Positions 51,184-60,750 of a stretch of 64,000 nucleotides of DNA are shown here, piece by piece (position 1 is the stretch's first letter; each line of letters opens with the position of its first letter). Made by a program: the position numbers and the translations under genes. Below the pieces are notes generated by a model. That model did no database searches, was not told where the DNA came from, and worked only from the letters and a program-made list of their open reading frames with translations. Source of the DNA: an uncultured Gaiellaceae bacterium (GTDB taxonomy: Bacteria > Actinomycetota > Thermoleophilia > Gaiellales > Gaiellaceae); contig CAWETB010000015.1 in assembly GCA_963811885.1 (NCBI GenBank), forward strand, positions 550,122-614,121, written 5' to 3'.

Positions 51184-52923
51184 ATGGCCGATAGACGAAC
51201 GGTGGAAGCTGCGGCAATTCCCACGTCTGCGTCTGCGGAACCGTACGACCGGCCCGAAGGCCGGCCGCAGCTCGGCTCGCTGCTCCTGCGCGACGGCATC
51301 ATCACCGCCGAGCAGCTCGCGGCCGCGCTCGCCCAGAAAGAGGCCGAGGGCGGCAGGCTCGGCGAGATCCTGCTCCGCTACAACGTCACGTCCGCCTCGG
51401 CGATCGCACAGGCCCTCGCCGAGCAGTACGGCTTCGAGTTCCTCGAGCTGACCCGCTTCGACCTCGTCCCCGCCGCGACGAGCCTCCTGCCCGAGAACGT
51501 CGCGCGACGCCTCTCCGCGCTGCCGATCGCTTTGGACGAGGACGGAACCGTGGTCGTCGCGGTCACCGACCCGACCGACGTGATGGCCTCCGACGACCTC
51601 CGGCTCGCGCTGGGGCTTCAGATCCGCTTCGTCGTCGTCTCGACCCTCGACCTCTCGCGCACACTCGACCGCTGCTTCCGCGGCAACGTCAACGTCGAGA
51701 TGGAGTCCGACCTGGAGGAGGATGCGCCCAGCGAGGACATCACCGAGGGCGGCGCCACCGACGCGCCCGCGATCAAGCTGACGAACCAGATCATCGCCAA
51801 CGCGATCGCCGAGGGCGCTTCCGACATCCACTTCGAGCCGCAGCCGCACGCGATGGTCGTCCGCGCCAGGATCGACGGCGTCATGCGGAAGGTCGCCGAG
51901 GTGCCGACCGGCCTGACGCCGGCGGTCACGAGCCGCCTGAAGATCATGGGCGAGCTCGACATCGCCGACCGCCGCAACGCCCAGGACGGCCGCATCTCGA
52001 TCCGCTACGACGGCGATCCGGTCGATCTCCGCATCGCCGTCCTGCCGACGACGTTCGGCGAGAAGGTCGTGCTCAGGATCCTCCATCGCGCCTCCGGGCG
52101 GCTCAACATCACCGATCTCGGCATGAACCCGGAGGCCGAGGCGGTGCTGATGCGAGCGCTGAAGCAGCCGTACGGCGCGGTTCTCACCGTCGGCCCGACC
52201 GGCTCCGGCAAGACGACCACGCTCTACGCGGCGCTCGAGTTCCTCAACGACGACGAACGCTCGCTTGCGACGATCGAGGACCCGGTCGAGAACCAGATCC
52301 CCGGCATCACGCAGGTCGAGGTCAACGTCCGCGCGGGCCTGACGTTCGCGAGCGGCCTGCGGACGATGCTTCGCTCCGACCCCGACGTCGTCCTGATCGG
52401 CGAGGTCCGCGACGAGGAGACGGCGCGCATCGCGATCCAGGCGGCGATGACCGGCCACCTCGTGCTGACGACGCTGCACACCCACAACGCCGCCAGCTCG
52501 ATCGCACGGCTGCGGGACATGGGCGTCGACCAGTCCCTGATCGCGACCTCGATCAACTGCATCGTCGCGCAGCGGCTCGCGCGCCGGCTCTGCGTCCACT
52601 GCCGCGAGGCCTACGTCCCGACGCAGGCGGAGAAGATCGCCGACGGGCTCCACGGCGTCCTCGAAGAGGGCGAGATGCTCTACCGCCCGCGCGGCTGCGC
52701 CGAGTGTGCCGACCTGGGTTACCGCGGCCGTGTCGCCATCTACGAGGTGATGCCGATCGGCGGCAAGATCCGGCATCTGATCGAGGCGTCGACCGAGGAG
52801 ATCTTCGCGGCCGCGGTGGCCGGCGGGATGATCACGCTGCGCGAAGACGGGATCCGCCTCTGCCGCGCGGGCGTCACCTCGCTCGAGGAGATCCACCGCG
52901 TCACCGGCGACCGCCTGATGTAG
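51184..52923 (+). CDS. GspE/PilB family secretion ATPase with N-terminal T2SSE_N (MshEN-like) domain
   Basis: N-domain [53 protein letters not shown]. Walker [11 protein letters not shown], Asp/His boxes, tetracysteine CVHC...CAEC. 579 aa, intact, within ORF 50479..52923. Confidence 0.93.
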   Translation: MADRRTVEAAAIPTSASAEPYDRPEGRPQLGSLLLRDGIITAEQLAAALAQKEAEGGRLGEILLRYNVTSASAIAQALAEQYGFEFLELTRFDLVPAATSLLPENVARRLSALPIALDEDGTVVVAVTDPTDVMASDDLRLALGLQIRFVVVSTLDLSRTLDRCFRGNVNVEMESDLEEDAPSEDITEGGATDAPAIKLTNQIIANAIAEGASDIHFEPQPHAMVVRARIDGVMRKVAEVPTGLTPAVTSRLKIMGELDIADRRNAQDGRISIRYDGDPVDLRIAVLPTTFGEKVVLRILHRASGRLNITDLGMNPEAEAVLMRALKQPYGAVLTVGPTGSGKTTTLYAALEFLNDDERSLATIEDPVENQIPGITQVEVNVRAGLTFASGLRTMLRSDPDVVLIGEVRDEETARIAIQAAMTGHLVLTTLHTHNAASSIARLRDMGVDQSLIATSINCIVAQRLARRLCVHCREAYVPTQAEKIADGLHGVLEEGEMLYRPRGCAECADLGYRGRVAIYEVMPIGGKIRHLIEASTEEIFAAAVAGGMITLREDGIRLCRAGVTSLEEIHRVTGDRLM

Positions 52924-53298
52924 CTAGCCGGTCTCGTTCTCGGCCGAGTCGTCGAGCTGCATGATCCGCTCGGCGTAGTGCTCGCTCGACGGCGAGAGCG
53001 AGCTGGCGAGCTTGTAGTGACCGTTCGCCTCGGCGTCGCGGCCCTGCTTCTCGAGCGCGCGACCGAGCGCGTAGTGGGCGTAGTCGTCGGTCGGCGAGAG
53101 CTCGAGGACGGCCCTGAACTCCGCCTCCGCCTCCTTCCAGCGCTGGATCCGGAAGTAGGCGATCCCCAGCGCCTCTCGGATCGAGGCCTTGTCCGGCTCG
53201 AGCTTCTTCGCCTTCTCGAGCGCGACCGTCGCCTGCGCGGCCATGCCGTCCTTGAGATGGGCCTTGCCCTGCTGGAAGTGGTCGTACGCGTCGGTCAC
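52924..53298 (-). CDS. tetratricopeptide repeat protein
   Basis: 124 aa with three TPR-like units (ALEKAKKLEPDKASIREALGIAYFRIQRWKEAEAEFRAVLELSPTDDYAHYALGRAL). Confidence 0.82.
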   Translation of the reverse strand: MTDAYDHFQQGKAHLKDGMAAQATVALEKAKKLEPDKASIREALGIAYFRIQRWKEAEAEFRAVLELSPTDDYAHYALGRALEKQGRDAEANGHYKLASSLSPSSEHYAERIMQLDDSAENETG

Positions 53299-53963
53299 AG
53301 GCTTCTAAGGTAGGGAAAGTTGTGCTCGAGGAGGTCGAACGGCGTCGTCAGGCCACGCGCCGGGCCGACCTCGATCGCCGCTATCTCCTCTCCCGCGTCG
53401 ATCGCTTGTTGAAACGCGGTCGAGAGCTCGAACGGACGCCGTCCCGGCAGCGCCTCGATCCTGGGGGCGACGGCCGGGCCGACCGCCCACAGCGGCATCC
53501 CGAGCACGCCCTCGCCGAGCACGCGCCTGACGCGCCCGTCGTCGACCTCGACCGTCCCCGGCCGCGGCTGGACGGCGATCGCCCCGGCCGCGTCCGAGCC
53601 GGCGTAGGCGGCGGCGAAGCGACCGATCTCGCCGGGCGCAAAGACGAGATCGGCTCCGAGGACGAGGTATGGAGCGGTCGCGCGGGCAGCGACGACGGCG
53701 TGTGCGGACCCGTCGGGCTCGCTCTGGCGTGCGTAGGCCACGTCGACGCCGAACCCACCGCCGTCGCCGATCAGCTGCTCGATCTGCTCCGCCCGGTACC
53801 CGGTCACGACGGTGACGTGCGGGGCGCCCGCGGCGGCGAGCTCGCGCAGCAGGTGAGCGATCACCGGCGTGCCGTCCACCGGCAGCACGGGCTTGGCGTA
53901 GCGCTCGGTGAGCGGCCGGAGCCTCGTGCCGAGGCCGGCTGCGATCACGACGGCCGGGATCAC
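53295..53963 (-). CDS. nucleotidyltransferase family protein (sugar-phosphate nucleotidyltransferase fold)
   Basis: VIPAVVIAAGLGTRLRPLTERYAKPVLPV. 222 aa at the 3' end of chimeric ORF 53295..55667. GTGA overlaps at both ends. Confidence 0.8.
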   Translation of the reverse strand: MIPAVVIAAGLGTRLRPLTERYAKPVLPVDGTPVIAHLLRELAAAGAPHVTVVTGYRAEQIEQLIGDGGGFGVDVAYARQSEPDGSAHAVVAARATAPYLVLGADLVFAPGEIGRFAAAYAGSDAAGAIAVQPRPGTVEVDDGRVRRVLGEGVLGMPLWAVGPAVAPRIEALPGRRPFELSTAFQQAIDAGEEIAAIEVGPARGLTTPFDLLEHNFPYLRSL

Positions 53964-56164
53964 GTGCGCAGCGAGCGGAGCGCAAGCAGGCCGCGCAGGC
54001 GGGCCGGCCGGCCGAGCCGGAATCGGAGCAGGCGCACGAGCTTCCGCAGCTCTCCGCGCGCACGGCTGGCGGCGGCGGCGCTGCCCTCCGGCGGGCCGAA
54101 CCGGGCTTCCGCGAGTGCACGGGCGAAAGGCCGGCCGTCGGCGCCCAGCTCGGCATGAAGAAGCTCGTGCAGCTCCTCCGGCGTCATGCTGGCGCTGACC
54201 GCGATGCCCTGGTCGGCGAGGAAGTCGACGAGCTCGCGGCGGGCCGCGCCGGCCAGACGCCTCGGATCCCGGGTGAGGTAGCGGCTGCGCCGCCGCACGA
54301 GCTTGACGAGACCGAGCGCGACGATCGCAGCGAGAGCGAGCAGGACGAGCAGCCACACGGTGCTCCGACCCTTGCCGCCGGCGCTGCGGCCGGCCTGGGC
54401 CTGCTCCGCGAGCCGCTCCTTCTGCTCGAGCAGGCGCAGCTGATCGGCGCCGCCGCCGTTGACCCCGTTGGCGCCGCGGACGAATCCGTCCGCGGCGTCG
54501 CCGGCGTTGAACCCGGTCGACGAGGCGCTGTAGTTCGCAGTGAGTGAGCCGCGCCCTGGCGTCGGGTCGAACGGCAGCCAGCCGAAGCCCGGGAACCAGA
54601 CCTCGACCCAGGCATGAGCGTTGTGGTCGGTCACCGTCCAGCCGCCGTCCTCGTATTTGCCGCTGGTGAAGCCGGCGGCGACGCGCGCGGGAATCCCCAG
54701 CATCCGCAGCATCAGCGCCATCGCGCCCGCGAAGTGCTGGCAGTAGCCGCGTTTCCCCTCGGCGACGAAGTGCGCCAGCGGCGGCGCCCCACCCGTCGCC
54801 GGCGGGTTCTCGTCGTACGTGAAGCCTCCGGTCGAGCGCAGCCAGGTCTCGATCGCGACGACGGCGCCGTAGGGCGTCCGCGCGTCGGCTCGCAGCCGGC
54901 GCGCCTCCTGCCACATGGCCTCGTACGGCCAGAGCGCGAGGTAGCGGTCGTCCTTGAAGAGGCCGTCCACGAGCCGGTCGCGGCCGGGGACGCCGAACGG
55001 GTCGACGCGGGTGCGGCCGATGTCGAGGAAGCGGTCGAGCGCGGGCGGGTACTCGGCCTCGAGCCGCGCCAGCTCGGACGGACCGGGGCGCGGCGCGTAG
55101 CTGTAGACCGTGTAGCGCTGCCCCCGCTTGAGGCCGTTGTAGGCCCGCGCGAGACCGTCCGAGAGGTGGAAGACGCTGCCGAGGCTGGGTGCGTCGAGCG
55201 CGACCGGCTGAGAAGCTGCGACGACGTGGGTGTCGCGGAGTGCGACCACCTCGACGTCCTGGCGAATCCAGGTACTGCGGTTGAGCGAGCGCGTGGGCAG
55301 GAGCGGGTCGTTCGGGAGCCTGCCGCTCGCCGGCCCGGTCGAGAGCGGCGTCGGGTTCTCGAGCCAGCGGTCGGAGTCGAACTGATCGAGCGTCGTCGCC
55401 CGCCAGTAGAGCCCGCGCTTCGGCCCGGTGATCCGCAGCACCGTCCTCTCCTTCTTCGGAAACTCGATCCCGCCGTAGGTGCCCTCCCAGACGTAGCTGA
55501 CGGAGACCGGCTGTCCCGGGCCGCCGCTGCTCCACTGCTCCCACGAGAGCACGCCGTCCTTGGCGACGGCCGCAGAGCTCGCGGCGGCCGCGGCGGCGAT
55601 CACGATCGCAGTGCCGGCGACGAGCGCGGGAACACGGCGCGCGGAGCGCAGGCCGGCGAGGACCCACAGCGCGGCGGCCAGGATGACGACGCCGTAGGCG
55701 ATGCTGCGCGAGGGATAGAGCGCGGCGGGCCAGCCGGCGCCGCCGATCACCACGAGCAGCGCCAGCAGCGGCCGCCGCGCCGCGATCGCCTGGGCGAGCA
55801 CGACGCAGAAGCCGAAGATCGCGAGCAGGACGACGCCGTGCATCCGCTGGTGCTCGAGCGCGTTGAACGGCACGGTGACGTCGTAGAAGCCGCCGACGCC
55901 GTTGGCGAAGCGATCGAGGACGGGTGCGAAGAAGCCGGGACGGTCGTCGATCGCGGGCGTGTCGAGCGCGACCCAGGCGGCGATCAGCGCGGCCGGAGCG
56001 ACGAGTGCGAGCCGCAGCCAGACCGTCGGCGCCAGGGCCGGAACGAGCGCGAGCAGGACGACCCAGAGCCAGTCGGCGCCCGCCGCGTGCGTCTCCTCGA
56101 GCCGGAGCCAGCCGAGTGTGATCAGGAGCGCCGGGAAGACGTAGACGCCGACTGTCCTAGCCAT
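53960..56164 (-). CDS. transglutaminase-domain membrane protein (TgpA-like: N-terminal polytopic region, transglutaminase core, C-terminal TM plus DUF4129-like tail)
   Basis: Cys-His-Asp core GYCQHFAGAMALMLRMLGIPARVAAGF...DHNAHAWVEVWFPGFGWLPFDPTPG. 734 aa, intact. Confidence 0.9.
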   Translation of the reverse strand: MARTVGVYVFPALLITLGWLRLEETHAAGADWLWVVLLALVPALAPTVWLRLALVAPAALIAAWVALDTPAIDDRPGFFAPVLDRFANGVGGFYDVTVPFNALEHQRMHGVVLLAIFGFCVVLAQAIAARRPLLALLVVIGGAGWPAALYPSRSIAYGVVILAAALWVLAGLRSARRVPALVAGTAIVIAAAAAASSAAVAKDGVLSWEQWSSGGPGQPVSVSYVWEGTYGGIEFPKKERTVLRITGPKRGLYWRATTLDQFDSDRWLENPTPLSTGPASGRLPNDPLLPTRSLNRSTWIRQDVEVVALRDTHVVAASQPVALDAPSLGSVFHLSDGLARAYNGLKRGQRYTVYSYAPRPGPSELARLEAEYPPALDRFLDIGRTRVDPFGVPGRDRLVDGLFKDDRYLALWPYEAMWQEARRLRADARTPYGAVVAIETWLRSTGGFTYDENPPATGGAPPLAHFVAEGKRGYCQHFAGAMALMLRMLGIPARVAAGFTSGKYEDGGWTVTDHNAHAWVEVWFPGFGWLPFDPTPGRGSLTANYSASSTGFNAGDAADGFVRGANGVNGGGADQLRLLEQKERLAEQAQAGRSAGGKGRSTVWLLVLLALAAIVALGLVKLVRRRSRYLTRDPRRLAGAARRELVDFLADQGIAVSASMTPEELHELLHAELGADGRPFARALAEARFGPPEGSAAAASRARGELRKLVRLLRFRLGRPARLRGLLALRSLRT

Positions 56165-57356
56165 GCGCGCTCCGGACGACGGGCGCCGCGCCGAGCACGG
56201 CTGCGAGCGAGTCGCCGCGGCGGACGACGGCGACGGCGACGCCCGCGGCCTGAAGCCGGAGCAGCTCCGGCTCGACCTTCGTCGGCCGGCCCGCGAAGCT
56301 CGCGCTGTCGACCCAGACGATGCTGACTCCCTGTCCGGCGAGCGAGCGCTGCACGAGCTTCGTCGCGAGCGCGCCCGACAGGCGGGCCGTGATCACGACG
56401 GTCTCGACGGCCCGCGACGCAGGCCCGCTCTCGCGCGACAGCATCTCGACCACCGGCCGCGTGCCGTCGGCCTCGGCCTCGGCGAGGACCGCGAGCGCCG
56501 CCAGCCAGTCGCCGTCGAGCGACGTGACCCGGACGCTCGGCCGCGCCGCCGAGTTGACGGCGAGCACGGCCCGGCGGTTGTGCGCTGCGTGTGCGCGCAG
56601 GATCGATCCGGCCGCACGCACCTGCACGTCGAAGCTGTCCTCGACCACGGCGCTCGCGTCCGCGTCGAGAATGACCGCGATCTCGTCGCGGGGCGCATCC
56701 TCGAGCTCCTTCACCATCAGCTGGCCGCGGCGGGCCGTCGTCTTCCAGTGCACCTTTCGCAGCGACTCCCCCTGCTCGTACTCGCGGACCGAGTGGAGGT
56801 CGAAGCCCGACGGGCGCCGGAGCAGGAGCCGGCGGCCGTCCTGGGCGTGGGCGCCGCTCTCGGAGAAGAGCCGGTCGAGCGGCACGAGCCGCGGGTAGAC
56901 GAGCAGCGAGCCTCGCGCATCGAGCTCGACGTCCATCCGTGCGAGCCCGAACGGGTCGTCGACCGTCGCACGCGCCTGCTCGACGACGTAGCGGCCGCGC
57001 GGCACGCGCTCGAGCACGTACGTGCCGCGGTAGCCGGTGCCGGTGCGGGACAGCGTCGTCACCTGGTCGCCGAAGCGGGCGATCGTCTCGGTGATCGCGA
57101 TGCCGGCCGCTGGTATCCGCGACTCGGGCTGGACGTCGAGACCGACCCAGACGTCCCCGCCCTCGAGCAGGACGCCCTTGCCGGCACGCCGCTGCAGCCG
57201 CATCGGCCCGGCGGCCAGCCACACCCAGCCGACGGCGGCGAGCGGCGCCAGCACGAGCCCGGTCGCGACCGGATAGAGCGCCTTGGCGCCGAAGAGCCAC
57301 GCGACGACGTACGTCGCCGCACCCAGCAGCAGCGTCAGCCAGCCGCGGCGGGTCAT
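56157..57356 (-). CDS. DUF58 domain protein (vWA-like partner of MoxR)
   Basis: FDLHSVREYEQGESLRKVHWKTTARRGQLMVKELE is the DUF58 signature. Two N-terminal TM helices. Confidence 0.88.
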   Translation of the reverse strand: MTRRGWLTLLLGAATYVVAWLFGAKALYPVATGLVLAPLAAVGWVWLAAGPMRLQRRAGKGVLLEGGDVWVGLDVQPESRIPAAGIAITETIARFGDQVTTLSRTGTGYRGTYVLERVPRGRYVVEQARATVDDPFGLARMDVELDARGSLLVYPRLVPLDRLFSESGAHAQDGRRLLLRRPSGFDLHSVREYEQGESLRKVHWKTTARRGQLMVKELEDAPRDEIAVILDADASAVVEDSFDVQVRAAGSILRAHAAHNRRAVLAVNSAARPSVRVTSLDGDWLAALAVLAEAEADGTRPVVEMLSRESGPASRAVETVVITARLSGALATKLVQRSLAGQGVSIVWVDSASFAGRPTKVEPELLRLQAAGVAVAVVRRGDSLAAVLGAAPVVRSAHG

Positions 57357-57359
57357 CGC

Positions 57360-58322
57360 CTAGACGGGGACGGGCGTCTGCTCGACCGCCTCGCCGACGA
57401 TCTCCTCGGCGGTGAGCCCGGCGGAACGCGCCTCCGGCGCGAGGATCAGCCGGTGTGCGAGCACCGGCCGCGCGATCGCCTTGACGTCGTCGGGGAGCAC
57501 GTAGTCGCGGCCCTCGGCGAGCGCGCGGGCCTTTGCGACCCGGAGCAGTGCGATCCCCGAGCGCGGGCTGGCGCCGAGCGCGAGCCGGGAGCTGCCACGT
57601 GTATGGCGGAGGAGCGCGACGACGTAGCGGTTGAGGCTCTCCTCGACGAAGAGCGAGCGGGCCTCGTCGATCGCGGCCGTGACCTCCGCGAGCGTCGCGA
57701 CCGCCGCCAGCGAGTCGAGCGGAGGCTCGGTCGTCTGCTCGTTCAGCATCCGCGCCTCGTCGGCGAGCTGCGGATAGCCGAGCGAGAGCTTCATCGAGAA
57801 GCGGTCGAGCTGAGCCTCGGGCAGCGGGTACGTGCCCTCGTACTCGATCGGATTCTGGGTCGCGATCACCATGAACGGCCGGTCGAGCACGTACGACTCG
57901 CCGTCGATCGTCACCTGGCTCTCCTGCATCGCCTCGAGCAGCGCCGCCTGGGTCTTCGGCGAGGCGCGGTTGATCTCGTCGACGAGGAGCACGTTCGCGA
58001 AGACCGGGCCCTGCCGGAACTCGAACTCGTTCGTGCGCTGGTTGAAGACGTTGACGCCCGTGACATCCGACGGCAGCAGGTCGGGCGTGAACTGGATGCG
58101 CGAGAACTCGAGGTCGAGCGAGCGCGCGAGCGACTTGGCGAGCATCGTCTTGCCGACCCCGGGGAAGTCCTCGACGATCACATGCCCCTCGGCGACGAGC
58201 GCGAGCACGATCAGGCGGAGCGTGTCCGCCGGCGCGTGGACGACGCGGGCGAGGTTCTCGACGAGCCGCTCGACGGTCTCGGCCGACGACGCGACGGCTG
58301 CAGGGTCGCGCCTAGCCTCCAC
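57360..58322 (-). CDS. moxR: MoxR family AAA+ ATPase
   Basis: GHVIVEDFPGVGKTMLAKSLARSL, LLVDEINRASPKTQAALLEAMQE, FMVIATQNPIEYEGTYPLPEAQLDRF. Confidence 0.94.
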   Translation of the reverse strand: MEARRDPAAVASSAETVERLVENLARVVHAPADTLRLIVLALVAEGHVIVEDFPGVGKTMLAKSLARSLDLEFSRIQFTPDLLPSDVTGVNVFNQRTNEFEFRQGPVFANVLLVDEINRASPKTQAALLEAMQESQVTIDGESYVLDRPFMVIATQNPIEYEGTYPLPEAQLDRFSMKLSLGYPQLADEARMLNEQTTEPPLDSLAAVATLAEVTAAIDEARSLFVEESLNRYVVALLRHTRGSSRLALGASPRSGIALLRVAKARALAEGRDYVLPDDVKAIARPVLAHRLILAPEARSAGLTAEEIVGEAVEQTPVPV

Positions 58323-59496
58323 GACGCTCCTCGAGCAGCCGTTCGACCTCGTCGACGATGCCGGCGGCGATCTCCGCCTTCGATGCCCGCGGAAGCTCGC
58401 GCTCGCCGGAGCGCGTCACGAGCGTGACCTCGTTGTCGGTCGAGTCGAAGCCGATGCCGGGTGCGGACACGTCGTTGTAGACGACGAGATCGAGGTTCTT
58501 GTCTGTGAGCATCCGCCGCTTCCGCTCGAGCCCCGCCTCGCCGAGCTCCGCTCCGAAGCCGACCAGCACCTGGCCGTTGCGCTCCTGCTCGCCGAGCTGC
58601 GCGAGCACGTCCACGGTGGGCTCGAGCTCGAGCACCCAGGCGGCGCCGCTCTTCGCGCGCTTCCCCTCGATCCGCTCGGCGGGCCGATAGTCGGCGACGG
58701 CCGCCGCCATCACGACGACGTCTGCGTCTCCGGAACGGCGCTGCGCCTCGCGCTCGAGATCGGCCGCAGTCGGTACCTCGACCACCTCCACCCCGGCCGG
58801 CGCCGCCACGGCCAGGTTCGACGCGAGCAGCGTCACCCTGGCACCGCGGCGCCTCGCCTCGGTGGCGAGCGCGACGCCCATGCGGCCGGACGAGCGGTTG
58901 CCGAGAAAACGGACTGCGTCCAGCGGCTCGCGGGTGCCGCCGGCGCTGACGAGCACGTGCGCGCCGGCGAGAGCGCTCGGCGTGGCCGTTGCGCCGTCGC
59001 CGAGCAGCGCCTCGATCCGGCGGGCGATCTCCTCCGGCTCGGTCATCCGGCCGAGCCCGACCTCGCCCTCCGCCAGCTCGCCGGCCTCCGGCCCGATCAG
59101 CTCGACGCCGCGCTCGCGCAACGTCGCCGCGTTCGCCTGGGTCGCCGCGTGCTCCCACATCCGGGTGTTCATCGCGGGCGCAACGAGGATCGGCCCGCGG
59201 TGCGCGAGCGCCGCCTCGGTGAGGACGTCGTCGGCGAGCCCGTGGGCGAGCTTCGCCATCGTGTTCGCCGTCAGCGGCGCGATCACGAGCAGGTCGGCGC
59301 GCTCCAGGTGCGGGTACGGATCGTCGCTCTGTGACTTGCGCGCGAGGGCGAAGAAGGTCTCGGCCCGGACGAACCGCTCCGCGCCGCGCGTCGGCAGCGG
59401 CAGCACGTCGTGCCCGGCCTTGACGAGGAGCCGCACGAGCTCGCAGGCCTTGTAGGCCGCGATGCCGCCGGTGATCCCGAGCAGGATGCGCGCCAT
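58312..59496 (-). CDS. coaBC: bifunctional phosphopantothenoylcysteine decarboxylase / phosphopantothenate-cysteine ligase
   Basis: MARILLGITGGIAAYKACELVRLL, PAMNTRMW, VSAGGTREPLDAVRFLGNRSSGRMG, AAAVADYRP. Confidence 0.94.
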   Translation of the reverse strand: MARILLGITGGIAAYKACELVRLLVKAGHDVLPLPTRGAERFVRAETFFALARKSQSDDPYPHLERADLLVIAPLTANTMAKLAHGLADDVLTEAALAHRGPILVAPAMNTRMWEHAATQANAATLRERGVELIGPEAGELAEGEVGLGRMTEPEEIARRIEALLGDGATATPSALAGAHVLVSAGGTREPLDAVRFLGNRSSGRMGVALATEARRRGARVTLLASNLAVAAPAGVEVVEVPTAADLEREAQRRSGDADVVVMAAAVADYRPAERIEGKRAKSGAAWVLELEPTVDVLAQLGEQERNGQVLVGFGAELGEAGLERKRRMLTDKNLDLVVYNDVSAPGIGFDSTDNEVTLVTRSGERELPRASKAEIAAGIVDEVERLLEERRGG

Positions 59497-59561
59497 CGCC
59501 CCATTGTGCCCGCACAGAGACACCGCAGTGGCGGCTTACCCGTTTCGAGTGAGAAAAGGGT

Positions 59562-59810
59562 CTAGCGCTTGCCGTAGTCGTACTTGATCTTGCCCTGGGC
59601 GATCTCCTCCAGGGACATGGTCAAGTAGTTCTTCGAGCGCGACTCGACGAGCGGCGGCGGGGCCTCTTCGAAGCCCATGCCCTCGCCGAGCTGGTGGTGG
59701 TAGTTGTTGATCTGCCGCGCGCGCTTGGCCGCGACGATGACCAGCGCGTAGCGCGAGTCGACCCCACCGGCGTCCGTGTTCAGCAGTTCATCGATGCGAG
59801 GATGGATCAT
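59562..59810 (-). CDS. rpoZ: DNA-directed RNA polymerase subunit omega
   Basis: SRYALVIVAAKRARQIN. 82 aa, between gmk and coaBC. Confidence 0.9.
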   Translation of the reverse strand: MIHPRIDELLNTDAGGVDSRYALVIVAAKRARQINNYHHQLGEGMGFEEAPPPLVESRSKNYLTMSLEEIAQGKIKYDYGKR

Positions 59811-60403
59811 GAGCCGGCCATGGTACCCGCAGCGGCGAGCTCCTGTTGGACGAGAGCGGAGAGCGCGTCGGTCGCGCGCTCCACGTCGTCGTTGCGGACC
59901 ATGTAGCGGAAACGGTAGGCCTGCTCGAGCTGGTGACGCGCCAGGGCGATCCGGTCCTCGATCTCGCCGGAGCTCTCCGTCGCACGGGCGCGGAGGCGCC
60001 GCTCCAGCTCGGGGACGTCGGCGGCGATGAAGAGGGTGACGCTCCGATCGACTTCGTCCTGCACCGCCCGGGCGCCGTCGATCTCGAGCTCGAGCACGCA
60101 GACCCGGCCCTCGGCGGCGATCCGGTCCATCTCCGACGCGAGCGTGCCGTAGCGGCCGCCGACGAACTGGACGTGCTCCAGGAAGGCGCCCGCCTCGATC
60201 CGCTCGACGAACTCCTCCTCGCTGAGGAACCAGTACTCGCGCCCGTTCGTCTCGCTCGGGCGCTGCGGGCGGGTCGTCGCCGAGACCGCCACCTCGAGCT
60301 CCGGGTGCCGGTCGACGAGCCGCTTGATCAGCGTCCCCTTGCCGGCCCCGCTCGGGCCGGTGATCACGAAGACGGGCAGCGGCCTATCTGTTGAAGAGGC
60401 CAA
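59807..60403 (-). CDS. gmk: guanylate kinase
   Basis: VFVITGPSGAGKGTLIKRL, SATTRPQRPSETNGREYWF, EHVQFVGGRYGT. TTG start. Confidence 0.93.
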   Translation of the reverse strand: MASSTDRPLPVFVITGPSGAGKGTLIKRLVDRHPELEVAVSATTRPQRPSETNGREYWFLSEEEFVERIEAGAFLEHVQFVGGRYGTLASEMDRIAAEGRVCVLELEIDGARAVQDEVDRSVTLFIAADVPELERRLRARATESSGEIEDRIALARHQLEQAYRFRYMVRNDDVERATDALSALVQQELAAAGTMAGS

Positions 60404-60713
60404 TGAGCTCCGCGCGCTGCCGCTCGGAGAGGCCGCCTACGGTCTTCGACTGGCTGATCCGGCACTGGTTCAGCAGCCGCGCCGCCTTCACGCGCCCGAA
60501 CTTGGGCACGGCCATCAGCATGTCGAACACCTTCGCGGTCGAGACATACTCGGGCGGATCGAGCAGAATCCCCTCGATCTGCACGCGTCCGTCCTTGAGG
60601 TCCTTCTTCAGCTGGGCGCGCCGGACTCGGATGTCGTTGGCCCGCTTGAGAGCTTCCATCCTCTGATCCAGCGACCGCAGCGGGGCCTGGGCTTGCGTCT
60701 TCGACGGCACCAT
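60384..60713 (-). CDS. mihF: actinobacterial integration host factor MihF
   Basis: EALKRANDIRVRRAQLKKDLKDGRVQIEGIL...VFDMLMAVPKFGRVKAARLLNQCRISQSKTVGGLSERQRAELI. Conserved mihF-gmk-rpoZ order. Confidence 0.9.
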   Translation of the reverse strand: MVPSKTQAQAPLRSLDQRMEALKRANDIRVRRAQLKKDLKDGRVQIEGILLDPPEYVSTAKVFDMLMAVPKFGRVKAARLLNQCRISQSKTVGGLSERQRAELIGLFNR

Positions 60714-60722
60714 GAGCGCGGG

Positions 60723-60750
60723 ATACTAGCAGCCTTCCAGACTCGGTCAA
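60723..60750 (-). promoter_or_regulatory. near-consensus sigma-A-type promoter giving an almost leaderless mihF mRNA
   Basis: Minus strand reads TTGACC (60750-60745), a 16-nt spacer, TAGTAT (60728-60723), then 9 nt to ATG 60713. No Shine-Dalgarno in between. Confidence 0.6.

Noticed and set aside
50260-52896. 878-aa minus-strand ORF antisense to gspE
   Set aside because: Only the last ~153 aa (the P-loop kinase-like protein starting [16 protein letters not shown]) are credible. The rest is antisense to the intact GspE/PilB gene.
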